Origin: Cetorhinus maximus
Lineage: Eukaryota
Assembly: GCF_964194155.1 (NCBI RefSeq)
Contig: NC_135888.1
Coordinates: 102,982,001 to 103,046,000 of the forward strand
Reading direction: 5' to 3'
DNA: 64,000 nucleotides
Shown here: piece after piece, positions 1 to 10,812 of the stretch
Position numbering within the stretch: the first letter of the stretch is position 1
Layout of the letters: each line of letters opens with the position of its first letter
Notes under the pieces: generated by a model
The model's database searches: none
The model's input: only the letters and a program-made list of their open reading frames with translations
Told to the model about the DNA's origin: nothing
Translations under genes and position numbers: made by a program

Positions 1-590
1 TGTCAAAGAGGTAGGTATTGAGGAGTTTCTTAAGGGAGGAAAGAGTGAGGTGGAGAAGCTGAAGGGAGGGAGTTGCAGCGACTAGGGGTTTGGAAGCTGT
101 CAATCGTGGAGCGATTAAAATTAGCATGCAGAAGAGGCCTGAATTAGAGGAGCATAGATGTCTTGGAGTATTGTAAGGCTGGAGGAGGTTGCAGAGATAT
201 GAAGGGACGAGACCATGGAGGGATTTAATATTGTGAATTTTAAAATCAAGGTATTGCTTAACCGGGAGGCACTGTAGGTAATGAGTGAATGGGATTTGGT
301 GCAGCAGTTTTTTAAAAATTCATTCATGTGATGTAGGGCAATCCCTAATTGCTCCTGAAAAGGTGATGGTGAGCTGCCTTCTTGAACTGCTGCAGTCTGT
401 GTGATGGAGGTACTCCCACAGTGCTGTTAGGGAGTGGGTTCCAGGATTTTGATCCAGCAACAATGAAGAAATGATGATTTGCATCCTATTTAGGATACTG
501 TGAGCTTAAATTTATGAAGGATGGAAAATGAGAGGCTGGTCAGGGGCACATTGAAATAGCCAAGCCTAATGGTAACAAAAGCATGGAGTG
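1..590 (-). mobile_element. Degenerate L2-like LINE fragment interrupted by the 3' end of another LINE/SINE (~310-510)
   Basis: Purine-rich sequence resembling antisense L2. 325-460 matches the tail seen at 11385-11560 and 21445-21620 (CCCTAATTG..GAGAAGGTG(A/G)TGGTGAGCTGCCTTCTTGAAC). Confidence 0.45.
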
Positions 591-1679
591 GAAACTGAGA
601 ACTCTAGGCCTGGACTCTGCTTCCAGGCTTGGACGTGAGTGTTCTTAACACCTGTCAATATGAAACTGCTGCTGATCCACCTCAATTTTGCTCCGAGAAT
701 CCTAATTAGCTGTGCAGGCTGGTTTGGGAGCCAGAAAATCTGCTCTGGATGAGAGGTTGAGGAGAGGTATCTTAGGACAGGTATCTAGACAGATCATCAA
801 CGGTATCAGGTAGACTCTCAGAATACCACATGTATGTTGACAACACCTTTTTAAGGTCTTAAATGAAATTGTGAGATCTTATTTTCTGCATCTTTCAATG
901 CGCGTTTCCCTTCTTTGGATACTCTGTCAGGTCCACCACTGACATAACTGAGATAGTGCCATAAAATCTCTGAGCCTTTCTATGACATTTACCTTACAGT
1001 TAGCTCCATTACAATATGTCCACTCCATAACTGTGACGAACTTTATAAAATATGCTAAATTCCACACCCACTTTCCCTAATTTTTACAACAGAGTTCACT
1101 ATTGGCTTGTGAATGAGTATTGAATATTGATCCCACATTCTCTGGTGGAGTTCGTGCAGCAGGGGATTGATGGACAGATGTTTCACCACTTGGACACGGC
1201 ATAAACAACATATGAATTTTTGGAACTCCTCCATATAACCGTATTGGTGTTGTGATTGCGTCATACCGCATTTGTTTTAGTAGAAAGTACTGTAGTTGGT
1301 TATTTTTTTTGTGACTATAATATTAAAACTTATATAGGCACAAACAGTCGAACCACTGAATCGATTAGAAAGCTCCAACATGATTCTTTGGATAGGTAGA
1401 GAGAATAATCATGAAAGCTTTCATTTTACCGAATGAATGTAATTGGGATGTCTCAATCGGAATGTTAGTAGGCGAAGGCCATAGCAGTAACTGGAAGCTA
1501 CTTGATAACAATGGTCAGATGTTTGGCAGTTAAATTCAGATGCCTCCATGGATAGGCCATTTAGCAAATAGAAATGTCAGTGCTAGAATAATACAAAATG
1601 CAAAAATAAAGCTACCAGAAAATAAACATTCCAAATCAAATTTATAAATGAAATCATGCCATGTTGCTTACAAAAGCCA

Positions 1680-3125
1680 AATATATACCCTTGTGCATTC
1701 CCTTAGTGTTTGTCTTCGTGTGTCTTTGCCTGTCCTAGTGCTCCTGCACAGTGCTATCTCAGTGGCTGCAACATGGCTGGTGAAAGGCTGACAACTTTCA
1801 GTTGAGGAGATTGCAGATGGCTATCATGGTCTAGAAGGTCCTGGCAGTGCCTCAGCATTGGAAGCAGCAGTTTGGGCTGGCTGGTTGACAGGCAACAGCA
1901 AGGACGCTGGTGGAGAGGCAGAGATGGGAGGATGAATACAGTCTAATGGAAAACGGACTGCAGGTTCATGCTGTACAGAGTCACTTCCTTGGGGCAATGT
2001 ATCAACCATCCTAGTAATCTGATAGAGAACACATTAGCTGCTGGACTGCTGTGACACCCTGCACATTCCTTTGCACAGTGTAATCCACAGCCACGACAGC
2101 AGTCTGAGCTTTCACTGTAGCATTCAGACTGTGGTTGGCTGCTGCTTGTGCTGCAATGGAAGCTACAACACCTGCCATTGAATCATGGTTAGGTACACAA
2201 ATGTGTAAACAGAGTTGGCCACCATTCGTCACTGGAAAGAATGGGCTCCAAGCTGTGTGTAAAGCCCTGTGCAAAGTTGCTGCTGAGCTCCTCCATGCTC
2301 CATTACTATTGTCTGTAGGTTTACTGGCAGTATTCCCACTACATCAAGCATTTTGTTGTGCAGACCTTTTAGGCTTTCTTCTGTGGCATGGCCCACCAAA
2401 GTCCTCATCTGAGTCCTCTGGAGAACTCACGTGTGACCTTGCCCTTTGGGGAGCTGGCACCTGCATTATTCTTACCCTCTTGTCTTGGCTGCAGATCACT
2501 TGTGCTCAGTCTCACCAAGTGCATTTTCCACTTCAATGCTATTCTCTAAATTATCTTCAGTGTCAGTAACTGAGCTGGTGGCTATGAGTGTGAAATTGAG
2601 TAACGGTACTGTGCCTTCATTATCATTGTCATCTTGCTGTTCCTCCACTGCACGGACAGGTTGCACTTCTTGGATATCTGAAAGAAGAAAGGTACAAGGG
2701 TAAGGTTGTGGCGCTGGGATGGGGGGGAAGTTAGAAGTGCATTCTAACATCATCTGAAGCTTGTAAATCAGAAGAGTGTGTGGGCTGAAGTGGAAGTAGG
2801 ATATGAGAAGGAGGATTAGATATGAGCAAATCATAACTTTCCATGATTTTTGCCCCACCTCTGGCCACGGCCTCAGCCATGGTCGCTCCAATGATGGCTG
2901 GCACTTTCTCCTCCAGAGGGGTTAGGGCACATAGACTTACCTTTTTCCCTCTGGTTAGCTCCTGCTGCCTCCACTTGTGCACCCTCTTGGCCTGCAAGAG
3001 AGAAGGAATTGTGTAGGTGAGTGCCGTGCTATCTGCTTGTGATTGTCTTGGTTGAATAGCTGGCAGTGTGTGTAAGGTATGTGATGTAGCTCCATTACAT
3101 CTTCCAAATTGCTCTCTCAAGTCTG
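1680..3125 (-). mobile_element. Decayed Harbinger (PIF) Myb/SANT accessory-gene region
   Basis: Broken minus-strand ORFs of S/T/P/Q-rich character, similar to 63464-63970 and 57900-58700. No intact frame. Confidence 0.4.
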
Positions 3126-3315
3126 AAAATATTACCAGCAGTTCTTTTATCACCAATAACACCAGCTGTTAGCTCAGATTTATAAAATTTTCATTTTTGG
3201 CTTTTAAAAGGAAAATAATTGCCGGATTACTGAATGTATGTCCCCACTGGAACAGGAGCACAAATAGCCAGCTGGTTGAGTATTTTGTCATGTTATAGAA
3301 GATAAATTGTGTAGC

Positions 3316-4210
3316 TGTTATGACATGGCAGATAATGTGTGCCAGGCGGATCAAATCCATGAGGGAAACTTGATCATGCTATCACAATGGTTTTGCAATT
3401 TGTATTTATTTCAAGATGCATGTCCTGAATTCAGAAGTACGAAGTCCACCAAAATTTCAGAGATTTTTTTAAAAACTAAATTAACCATTTATGAACAAAA
3501 GAAAATATTTCAAGCACATACATAGGTCTGCAAATTACTACTATAATAACTCCTAAAACCCCTAATTAATCTGGCTTCCAGGTATACCCCCATTAAGGCA
3601 ACAGTAAAAAAAAAGTAGATTTTAAACAGACCCAGGCAAATCAACACAACACCCTGGACAGTAGCATTCAAAGTAACTTTTCCCAGCATCGGTTTTTGTA
3701 GACAGCAGGCTTAATGCACAAATACTGGAGGCTTCTCACACTTGTGGTAGATCTTACAATGCCTTCCCTGACAGAGCCTTATACTCCTTTATACACGTTT
3801 CTCCCTTTTAATGTAAATTCCATTGTTCCCATATGTCTTTGGAACTTTGCCTTTCTCATAATATAAATCTTTTCATGGTGCTAATATTGTCAGTAACCTT
3901 TTGGAAAAATAAACACAGAGCTTGGCCTAGCTTCTCTGGCTAGGTGTAAACACCCTACCATCTCTTTGAAATTCAAACTGCCCTGATTCATCTAAAAATG
4001 CAAATTCTCCTCACCCTACATTCTAAGGCTTCAGCCATGTTTATGTATTTAGCATTTCAAACCTAGCTTCTTTTGATGAGTCAAAGCCTCCAGACCAGCT
4101 GTCTCCAATTCAATTAAATCCCCCCCACACACACACACACACAGAAACTATCCAAACCCCATTATTAACCTACTTTTACAATAAATCACAATATTACAAG
4201 AATTATTATA
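3316..4210. mobile_element. Putative solo LTR, homologous to 59231-60230
   Basis: Both start TGTTATGA and share blocks (GGAAACTTG, TTTGCAATTTGTATTTATT, AATTAAAT..CACAC, AATATTACA). Contains (CA)n at ~4126-4143. Confidence 0.5.
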
Positions 4211-4379
4211 CTTTTGTGATTTTAACTGCATTTGTGTTACAAAATATAACAATATTTCTATACTTACTCGAAGCCATTGCAAAAGACCAAAGCCTCCTAC
4301 TTTCTGCAGGAATTGATTTAAAGTTGGGATTAAAACAAAAGTTGATTGCTCTGCAGGCACATATTTCCATTTTATTCGC

Positions 4380-4600
4380 TATGGATTCTATGTGTGCCAT
4401 TTCAGGTGGGCATCTTGCATCTGCAGCATGCTGTAAACAGCATAACTGGCTGATATTATACCGAATGAGTGCTTGAAAAGATTGTGGGTGGGGAAAAAGT
4501 TGCTAATTTGTCACCTTAAGTTAGTAGAGAACCTCCCAGCAGCCAATTGGGAGCCAACATTTTCTACATTACAAAGTGACTATACTTCAAATGTACTTCA
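4380..4600 (+). mobile_element. SINE with L2-type tail (Deu-SINE/SacSINE1-like), 5' part; split by the Penelope insertion and resuming at 10827-10895
   Basis: Removing 4601-10826 restores ...TTCAAATGTACTTCATTGGCTGTAAAGTGCTTTG...GAAAGGCGCTATGTAAATGCAAGTCTTTCTTT, a typical L2-derived SINE tail. Confidence 0.6.
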
Positions 4601-4663
4601 CAAAATAAAAACAGAATTACCTGGAAAAACTCAGCAAGCCTGGCAGCATCGGCGGAGAAGAAA

Positions 4664-4706
4664 TCAGTCAACGTTTCGAGCCCTCATGGCCCTTCGGCAG
4701 AACTGA
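4664..4706 (-). ncRNA. Minimal type I hammerhead ribozyme (pLTR of the inverted arm)
   Basis: Exact reverse complement of 7369-7411. Confidence 0.75.
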
Positions 4707-5053
4707 AGCATAGTTTCAACAAGGGAGAAATATAAATTGGTTTAAGGTGGGTGGGGGGGAAGAGACACATTGAGGGTGTGGTGTGAGCAGATAATCAAAA
4801 GATGTCAGAGACAAAAGGGTCAAAGAGGTGTTGAAGGTGGTGGTCTTTGTCTGAGAAAAGTGCTAATTAAGAATGGAAGACAGGATATTCAAAGTACAGC
4901 TCTAGTGGGGGTGGGGTGGAAAGACTAAAGGTTTTAGTTTTAGATTTAAAAATAATGGAAATAGGTGGGGAAAGAAGAATCTATATAAATTATTGAAAAA
5001 AAAGGCGGGTGGGGGGGGAAAAGAAACGGGGTGGGGATGGGGGGAGGGGGAGT

Positions 5054-7318
5054 TTAAGATCTAAAGTTGTTGAATTCAATATTCAGCCCAGAAGGCTGTA
5101 AAGTGCCTAGTCGGAAGATGAGGTGCTGTTCCTCCAGTTTGCGTTGGGCTTCACTGGAACAATGCAGCAAGCCAAGGACAGACATGTGGACAAGAGAACA
5201 GGGTGGAGTGTTAAAATGGCAAGCGACAGGGAGGTTTGAGTCTTTCTTGCGGACAGACCGCAGGTGTTCCGCAAAACGGTCGCCCAGTTTGCGTTTGGTC
5301 TCTCCAATGTAGAGGAGACCGCATTGGGAGCAACGAATGCAGTAGACTAAGTTAGGGGAAATGCAAGTGAAATGCTGCTTCACTTGAAAGGAGTGTTTGG
5401 GCCCTTGGACGGTGAGGAGAGAGGAAGTGAAGGGGCAGGTGTTGCATCTTCTGCGTGGGCATGGGGAGGTGCCATAAGTGGGGGTTGAGGAGTAGGGTGT
5501 AATGGAGGAGTGGACCAGGGTGTCCCGGAGGGAACGATCCCTACGGAATGCCGTCAAGGGGGGTGAAGGGAAGATGTGTTTGGTGGTGGCATCATGCTGG
5601 AGTTGGCGGAAATGGCGGAGGATGATCCTTTGAATGCGGAGGCTGGTGGGGTGATAAGTGAGGACAAGGGGGACCCTATCATGTTTCTGGGAAGGAGGAG
5701 AAGGCGTGAGGGAGGATGCGCGGGATATGGGCCGGACACGGTTGAGGGCCCTGTCAACGACCGTGGATGGAAAACCTCGGTTAAGGAAGAAGGAGGACAT
5801 GTCAGAGGAGCTGTTTTTGAAGGTAGCGTCATCAGAACAGATGCGACGGAGGCGAAGGAACTGAGAGAATGGGATGGAGTCTTTACAGGAAGCGGGGTGT
5901 GAGGAGCTGTAGTCGAGGTAGCTGTGGGAGTCGGAGGGCTTGTAATGGATATTGGTGGACAGTCTATCATCAGAAATTGAGACAGCGAGGTCAAGGAAGG
6001 GAAGAGAAGTGTCAGAGATGGACCATGTGAAGATGATGGAGGGGTGGAGATTGGAAGCAAAATTAATAAATTTTTCCAGGTCCCGACGAGAGCATGAAGC
6101 AGCACCGAAGTAATCATCGATGTACCGGAGAAAGAGTTGTGGGAGGGGGCCGGAGTAGGACTGGAATAAGGAATGTTCCACATACCCCATAAAGAGACAG
6201 GCATAGCTGGGGCCCATGCGGGTACCCATAGCCACACCTTTTATTTGGAGGAAGTGAGAGGAGCTAAAGGAGAAATTGTTCAGTGTGAGAACAAGTTCAG
6301 CCAGACGGAGGAGAGTCGTGGTGGATGGGGATTGTTGGGGCCTCTGTTCAAGGAAGAAGCTAAGGGCCCTCAGACCATCCTGGTGGGGGATGGAGGTGTA
6401 GAGGGATTGGACATCCATGGTGAAGAGGAAGCGGTTGGGGCCAGGGAACTGGAAATTGTTGATGTGACGTAAGGTGTCAGAGGAATCACGGATGTAGGTG
6501 GGAAGGGACTGGACAAGGGGAGAGAGAAGGGAGTCAAGATAACGAGAAATGAGTTCCGTGGGGCAGGAACAGGCTGACACGATCGGTCTGCCAGGACAGT
6601 TCTGTTTGTGGATTTTGGGTAGGAGGTAGAAGCGGGCCGTCCGAGGTTGGGCGACTATCAAGTTGGAAGCTGTGGGAGGAAGATCTCCAGAGGAGATGAG
6701 GTCAGTGACAGTCCTGGAAACAATGGCTTGATGTTCTGTGGTGGGGTCATGGTCCAGGGAGAGGTAGGAGGAAATGTCTGCGAGTTGACGCTCAGCCTCC
6801 GCGAGGTAGAGGTCAATGCGCCAGACAACAACAGTACCACCCTTGTCAGCGGGTTTGATGACAATGTTGGGGTTGGACCTGAGAGAACGGAGTGCAGTAA
6901 GTTCAGAGAGAGACAGATTAGAATGGGTGAGAGGAGCAGAGAAATTGAGACGGCTAATGTCACGCCGACTGTTCTCAATGAAAAGATCAAGAGAAGGTAA
7001 GAATCCAGAGGGAGGGGTCCAAGTGGAGGGAGAATATTGGAGGTGGGTAAAAGGATCCGTTGAACGGGGAGAGGACTCCTGCCCAAAGAAGTGAGCACGG
7101 AGACGAAGACGGCGGAAGAAGAGTTCAGCATCATGCCGAGCCCGAAATTCATTGAGATGAGGGCGTAAGGGTATGAAACTAAGTCCTTTGCTGAGCACTG
7201 AACGTTCAGCATCGGAGAGGGGAAGGTCAGGGGGTATAGTGAATACGCGGCTGGGGCTGGGATTGGAAGATGGGGTGAGGACGGAGGGACAAGCAGGGGT
7301 GGAGGGTCCCCGATGGGT
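5054..7318 (-). CDS. 5'-truncated Penelope-like RT/GIY-YIG ORF (inverted copy, uninterrupted frame)
   Basis: Matches residues ~164-917 of the 7559 ORF except for 5 substitutions. Lacks the native start. Confidence 0.85.
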   Translation of the reverse strand, partial: THRGPSTPACPSVLTPSSNPSPSRVFTIPPDLPLSDAERSVLSKGLSFIPLRPHLNEFRARHDAELFFRRLRLRAHFFGQESSPRSTDPFTHLQYSPSTWTPPSGFLPSLDLFIENSRRDISRLNFSAPLTHSNLSLSELTALRSLRSNPNIVIKPADKGGTVVVWRIDLYLAEAERQLADISSYLSLDHDPTTEHQAIVSRTVTDLISSGDLPPTASNLIVAQPRTARFYLLPKIHKQNCPGRPIVSACSCPTELISRYLDSLLSPLVQSLPTYIRDSSDTLRHINNFQFPGPNRFLFTMDVQSLYTSIPHQDGLRALSFFLEQRPQQSPSTTTLLRLAELVLTLNNFSFSSSHFLQIKGVAMGTRMGPSYACLFMGYVEHSLFQSYSGPLPQLFLRYIDDYFGAASCSRRDLEKFINFASNLHPSIIFTWSISDTSLPFLDLAVSISDDRLSTNIHYKPSDSHSYLDYSSSHPASCKDSIPFSQFLRLRRICSDDATFKNSSSDMSSFFLNRGFPSTVVDRALNRVRPISRASSLTPSPPSQKHDRVPLVLTYHPTSLRIQRIILRHFRQLQHDATTKHIFPSPPLTAFRRDRSLRDTLVHSSITPYSSTPTYGTSPCPRRRCNTCPFTSSLLTVQGPKHSFQVKQHFTCISPNLVYCIRCSQCGLLYIGETKRKLGDRFAEHLRSVRKKDSNLPVACHFNTPPCSLVHMSVLGLLHCSSEAQRKLEEQHLIFRLGTLQPSGLNIEFNNFRS

Positions 7319-7521
7319 CCCCACCCACCTTAAACCAATTTATATTTCTGCCTTGTTGAAACTATGCTTCAGTTCTGCCGAAGGGCCATGAGGGCTCGAA
7401 ACGTTGACTGATTTCTTCTCCGCCGATGCTGCCAGACTTGCTGAGTTTTTCCAGGTAATTCTGTTTTTATTTTGTTTTGGATTTCCAGCATCCGCAGTAG
7501 CTTTTAGCTTTTTGTTTTTAT
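7319..7521 (+). repeat. 5' pseudo-LTR (203-bp direct repeat of 10610-10812)
   Basis: Offset 3291 bp; 2 mismatches seen. Confidence 0.9.
7369..7411 (+). ncRNA. Minimal type I hammerhead ribozyme
   Basis: Stem I UCAGUU/GACUGA; core CUGCCGA(A); stem II GGGCC-AUGAG-GGCUC; GAAA; palindromic stem III AACGUU; predicted GUU cleavage after 7405. Confidence 0.8.
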
Positions 7522-7558
7522 CTTTGTGTTTGATTGACTGCCACCCCTCTTCAAAAAA

Positions 7559-10312
7559 ATGCCCTCTTGGAAGAAGTATGGTTCTGTCCTCCGACAGGAT
7601 TTCCGACTGTCTCTTCTGCCCTGCTCACCTTCATTGCTTTCCATTTCTCTCCTGGTGTTTGACAAGGTGTTTACTAAAACCCGCTTTCACAGCCATATCT
7701 CCTTTCTCAGTGACTGTCTCCGTCTCCGACTCACCCCACGTGGATTTCAACTGAAATTCCATCCCTCTTGTTTCGAACCCACCCAGGATTACAGGTATCT
7801 CCGGGACATAAAACGTTTCTCGGACTGCTGTTCCCGTCGCATTCTGAGATCCACACTCAGTGCCATGCGCCGCCATATGAACACACTCGACCTCTCCCTC
7901 CAGCAGCACCGCCGCACCCTTTTTCAAAGCTGCGCGTGCCCCCAGTTTCATTTTATTCTTCGCCTCATCCGTCGCCTCAACAAGAAACTTTTTCTCTTTC
8001 TCTCAAGTGCTAAGGAACGCAAGCTCCAACAACTCATCGACTCCAACACCCATCGGGGACCCTCCACCCCTGCTTGTCCCTCCGTCCTCACCCCATCTTC
8101 CAATCCCAGCCCCAGCCGCGTATTCACTATACCCCCTGACCTTCCCCTCTCCGATGCTGAACGTTCAGTGCTCAGCAAAGGACTTAGTTTCATACCCTTA
8201 CGCCCTCATCTCAATGAATTTCGGGCTCGGCATGATGCTGAACTCTTCTTCCGCCGTCTTCGTCTCCGTGCTCACTTCTTTGGGCAGGAGTCCTCTCCCC
8301 GTTCAACGGATCCTTTTACCCACCTCCAATATTCTCCCTCCACTTGGACCCCTCCCTCTGGATTCTTACCTTCTCTTGATCTTTTCATTGAGAACTGTCG
8401 GCGTGACATTAGCCGTCTCAATTTCTCTGCTCCTCTCACCCATTCTAATCTGTCTCTCTCTGAACTCACTGCACTCCGTTCTCTCAGGTCCAACCCCAAC
8501 ATTGTCATCAAACCCGCTGACAAGGGTGGTACTGTTGTTGTCTGGCGCATTGACCTCTACCTCGCGGAGGCTGAGCGTCAACTCGCAGACATTTCCTCCT
8601 ACCTCTCCCTGGACCATGACCCCACCACAGAACATCAAGCCATTGTTTCCAGGACTGTCACTGACCTCATCTCCTCTGGAGATCTTCCTCCCACAGCTTC
8701 CAACTTGATAGTCGCCCAACCTCGGACGGCCCGCTTCTACCTCCTACCCAAAATCCACAAACAGAACTGTCCTGGCAGACCGATCGTGTCAGCCTGTTCC
8801 TGCCCCACGGAACTCATTTCTCGTTATCTTGACTCCCTTCTCTCTCCCCTTGTCCAGTCCCTTCCCACCTACATCCGTGATTCCTCTGACACCTTACGTC
8901 ACATCAACAATTTCCAGTTCCCTGGCCCCAACCGCTTCCTCTTCACCATGGATGTCCAATCCCTCTACACCTCCATCCCCCACCAGGATGGTCTGAGGGC
9001 CCTTAGCTTCTTCCTTGAACAGAGGCCCCAACAATCCCCATCCACCACGACTCTCCTCCGTCTGGCTGAACTTGTTCTCACACTGAACAATTTCTCCTTT
9101 AGCTCCTCTCACTTCCTCCAAATAAAAGGTGTGGCTATGGGTACCCGCATGGGCCCCAGCTATGCCTGTCTCTTTATGGGGTATGTGGAACATTCCTTGT
9201 TCCAGTCCTACTCCGGCCCCCTCCCACAACTCTTTCTCCGGTACATCGATGATTACTTCGGTGCTGCTTCATGCTCTCGTCGGGACCTGGAAAAATTTAT
9301 TAATTTTGCTTCCAATCTCCACCCCTCCATCATCTTCACATGGTCCATCTCTGACACTTCTCTTCCCTTCCTTGACCTCTCTGTCTCAATTTCTGATGAT
9401 AGACTGTCCACAAATATCCATTACAAGCCTACCGACTCCCACAGCTACCTCGACTACAGCTCCTCACACCCCGCTTCCTGTAAAGACTCCATCCCATTCT
9501 CTCAGTTCCTTCGCCTCCGTCGCATCTGTTCTGATGACGCTACCTTCAAAAACAGCTCCTCTGACATGTCCTCCTTCTTCCTTAACCGAGGTTTTCCATC
9601 CACGGTCGTTGACAGGGCCCTCAACCGTGTCCGGCCCATATCCCGCGCATCCTCCCTCACGCCTTCTCCTCCTTCCCAGAAACATGATAGGGTCCCCCTT
9701 GTCCTCACTTATCACCCCACCAGCCTCCGCATTCAAAGGATCATCCTCCGCCATTTCCGCCAACTCCAGCATGATGCCACCACCAAACACATCTTCCCTT
9801 CACCCCCCTTGACGGCATTCCGTAGGGATCGTTCCCTCCGGGACACCCTGGTCCACTCCTCCATCACCCCCTACTCCTCAACCCCCACTTATGGCACCTC
9901 CCCATGCCCACGCAGAAGATGCAACACCTGCCCCTTCACTTCCTCTCTCCTCACCGTCCAAGGGCCCAAACACTCCTTTCAAGTGAAGCAGCATTTCACT
10001 TGCATTTCCCCTAACTTAGTCTACTGCATTCGTTGCTCCCAATGCGGTCTCCTCTACATTGGAGAGACCAAACGCAAACTGGGTGACCGTTTTGCGGAAC
10101 ACCTGCGGTCTGTCCGCAAGAAAGACCCAAACCTCCCTGTCGCTTGCCATTTTAACACTCCACCCTGTTCTCTTGCCCACATGTCTGTCCTTGGCTTGCT
10201 GCATTGTTCCAGTGAAGCCCAACGCAAACTGGAGGAACAGCACCTCATCTTCCGACTAGGCACTTTACAGCCTTCTGGGCTGAATATTGAATTCAACAAC
10301 TTTAGATCTTAA
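7559..10312 (+). CDS. Penelope-like element polyprotein: reverse transcriptase + Zn-finger + GIY-YIG endonuclease (917 aa, intact)
   Basis: IKPADKG, LLPKIHK..PGRPIVS, MDVQSLYT, GVAMGTRMGPSYA, RYIDD, LPFLD, CPRRRCNTC, VYCIRCSQCGLLYIGET..RFAEH. The CxxxxCxxC linker is typical of the Neptune clade. Confidence 0.95.
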   Translation: MPSWKKYGSVLRQDFRLSLLPCSPSLLSISLLVFDKVFTKTRFHSHISFLSDCLRLRLTPRGFQLKFHPSCFEPTQDYRYLRDIKRFSDCCSRRILRSTLSAMRRHMNTLDLSLQQHRRTLFQSCACPQFHFILRLIRRLNKKLFLFLSSAKERKLQQLIDSNTHRGPSTPACPSVLTPSSNPSPSRVFTIPPDLPLSDAERSVLSKGLSFIPLRPHLNEFRARHDAELFFRRLRLRAHFFGQESSPRSTDPFTHLQYSPSTWTPPSGFLPSLDLFIENCRRDISRLNFSAPLTHSNLSLSELTALRSLRSNPNIVIKPADKGGTVVVWRIDLYLAEAERQLADISSYLSLDHDPTTEHQAIVSRTVTDLISSGDLPPTASNLIVAQPRTARFYLLPKIHKQNCPGRPIVSACSCPTELISRYLDSLLSPLVQSLPTYIRDSSDTLRHINNFQFPGPNRFLFTMDVQSLYTSIPHQDGLRALSFFLEQRPQQSPSTTTLLRLAELVLTLNNFSFSSSHFLQIKGVAMGTRMGPSYACLFMGYVEHSLFQSYSGPLPQLFLRYIDDYFGAASCSRRDLEKFINFASNLHPSIIFTWSISDTSLPFLDLSVSISDDRLSTNIHYKPTDSHSYLDYSSSHPASCKDSIPFSQFLRLRRICSDDATFKNSSSDMSSFFLNRGFPSTVVDRALNRVRPISRASSLTPSPPSQKHDRVPLVLTYHPTSLRIQRIILRHFRQLQHDATTKHIFPSPPLTAFRRDRSLRDTLVHSSITPYSSTPTYGTSPCPRRRCNTCPFTSSLLTVQGPKHSFQVKQHFTCISPNLVYCIRCSQCGLLYIGETKRKLGDRFAEHLRSVRKKDPNLPVACHFNTPPCSLAHMSVLGLLHCSSEAQRKLEEQHLIFRLGTLQPSGLNIEFNNFRS

Positions 10313-10609
10313 ACTCCCCCTCCCCCCATCCCCACCCCGTTTCTTTTCCCCCCCCACCCGCCTTTTTTTTCAATAATTTATATAGATTCTTCTTTCCCCA
10401 CCTATTTCCATTATTTTTAAATCTAAAACTAAAACCTTTAGTCTTTCCACCCCACCCCCACTAGAGCTGTACTTTGAATATCCTGTCTTCCATTCTTAAT
10501 TAGCACTTTTCTCAGACAAAGACCACCACCTTCAACACCTCTTTGACCCTTTTGTCTCTGACATCTTTTGATTATCTGCTCACACCACACCCTCAATGTG
10601 TCTCTTCCC

Positions 10610-10812
10610 CCCCACCCACCTTAAACCAATTTATATTTCTCCCTTGTTGAAACTATGCTTCAGTTCTGCCGAAGGGCCATGAGGGCTCGAAACGTTGACT
10701 GATTTCTTCTCCGCCGATGCTGCCAGACTTGCTGAGTTTTTCCAGGTAATTCTGTTTTTATTTTGTTTTGGATTTCTAGCATCCGCAGTAGCTTTTAGCT
10801 TTTTGTTTTTAT
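10610..10812 (+). repeat. 3' pseudo-LTR
   Basis: Direct repeat of 7319-7521, ending in a T-rich tract next to the TSD. Confidence 0.9.
10660..10702 (+). ncRNA. Minimal type I hammerhead ribozyme (3' pLTR copy)
   Basis: Identical to 7369-7411. Confidence 0.8.

Larger units (their letters stand above)
4601..10811. mobile_element. Penelope-like element (Neptune type), head-to-head composite insertion with 15-bp TSD
   Basis: TTCAAATGTACTTCA at 4586-4600 and 10812-10826. Inverted arms 4600-7318 / 8048-10766. Direct pseudo-LTRs 7319-7521 / 10610-10812. Confidence 0.95.

Noticed and set aside
7319-7324. GTG start of the 756-aa minus ORF
   Set aside because: Created by the inversion junction; not the element's native start.
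5067-10299. Many 60-230-aa overlapping ORFs within the Penelope arms
   Set aside because: Alternative-frame and antisense shadows of a C/T-skewed ORF; duplicated only because the arms are duplicated.
4600-10766. Inverted repeat as an assembly fold-back or DNA-transposon TIRs
   Set aside because: The arms differ at about a dozen sites, end at different points, lie inside a perfect 15-bp TSD, and encode RT rather than a transposase.
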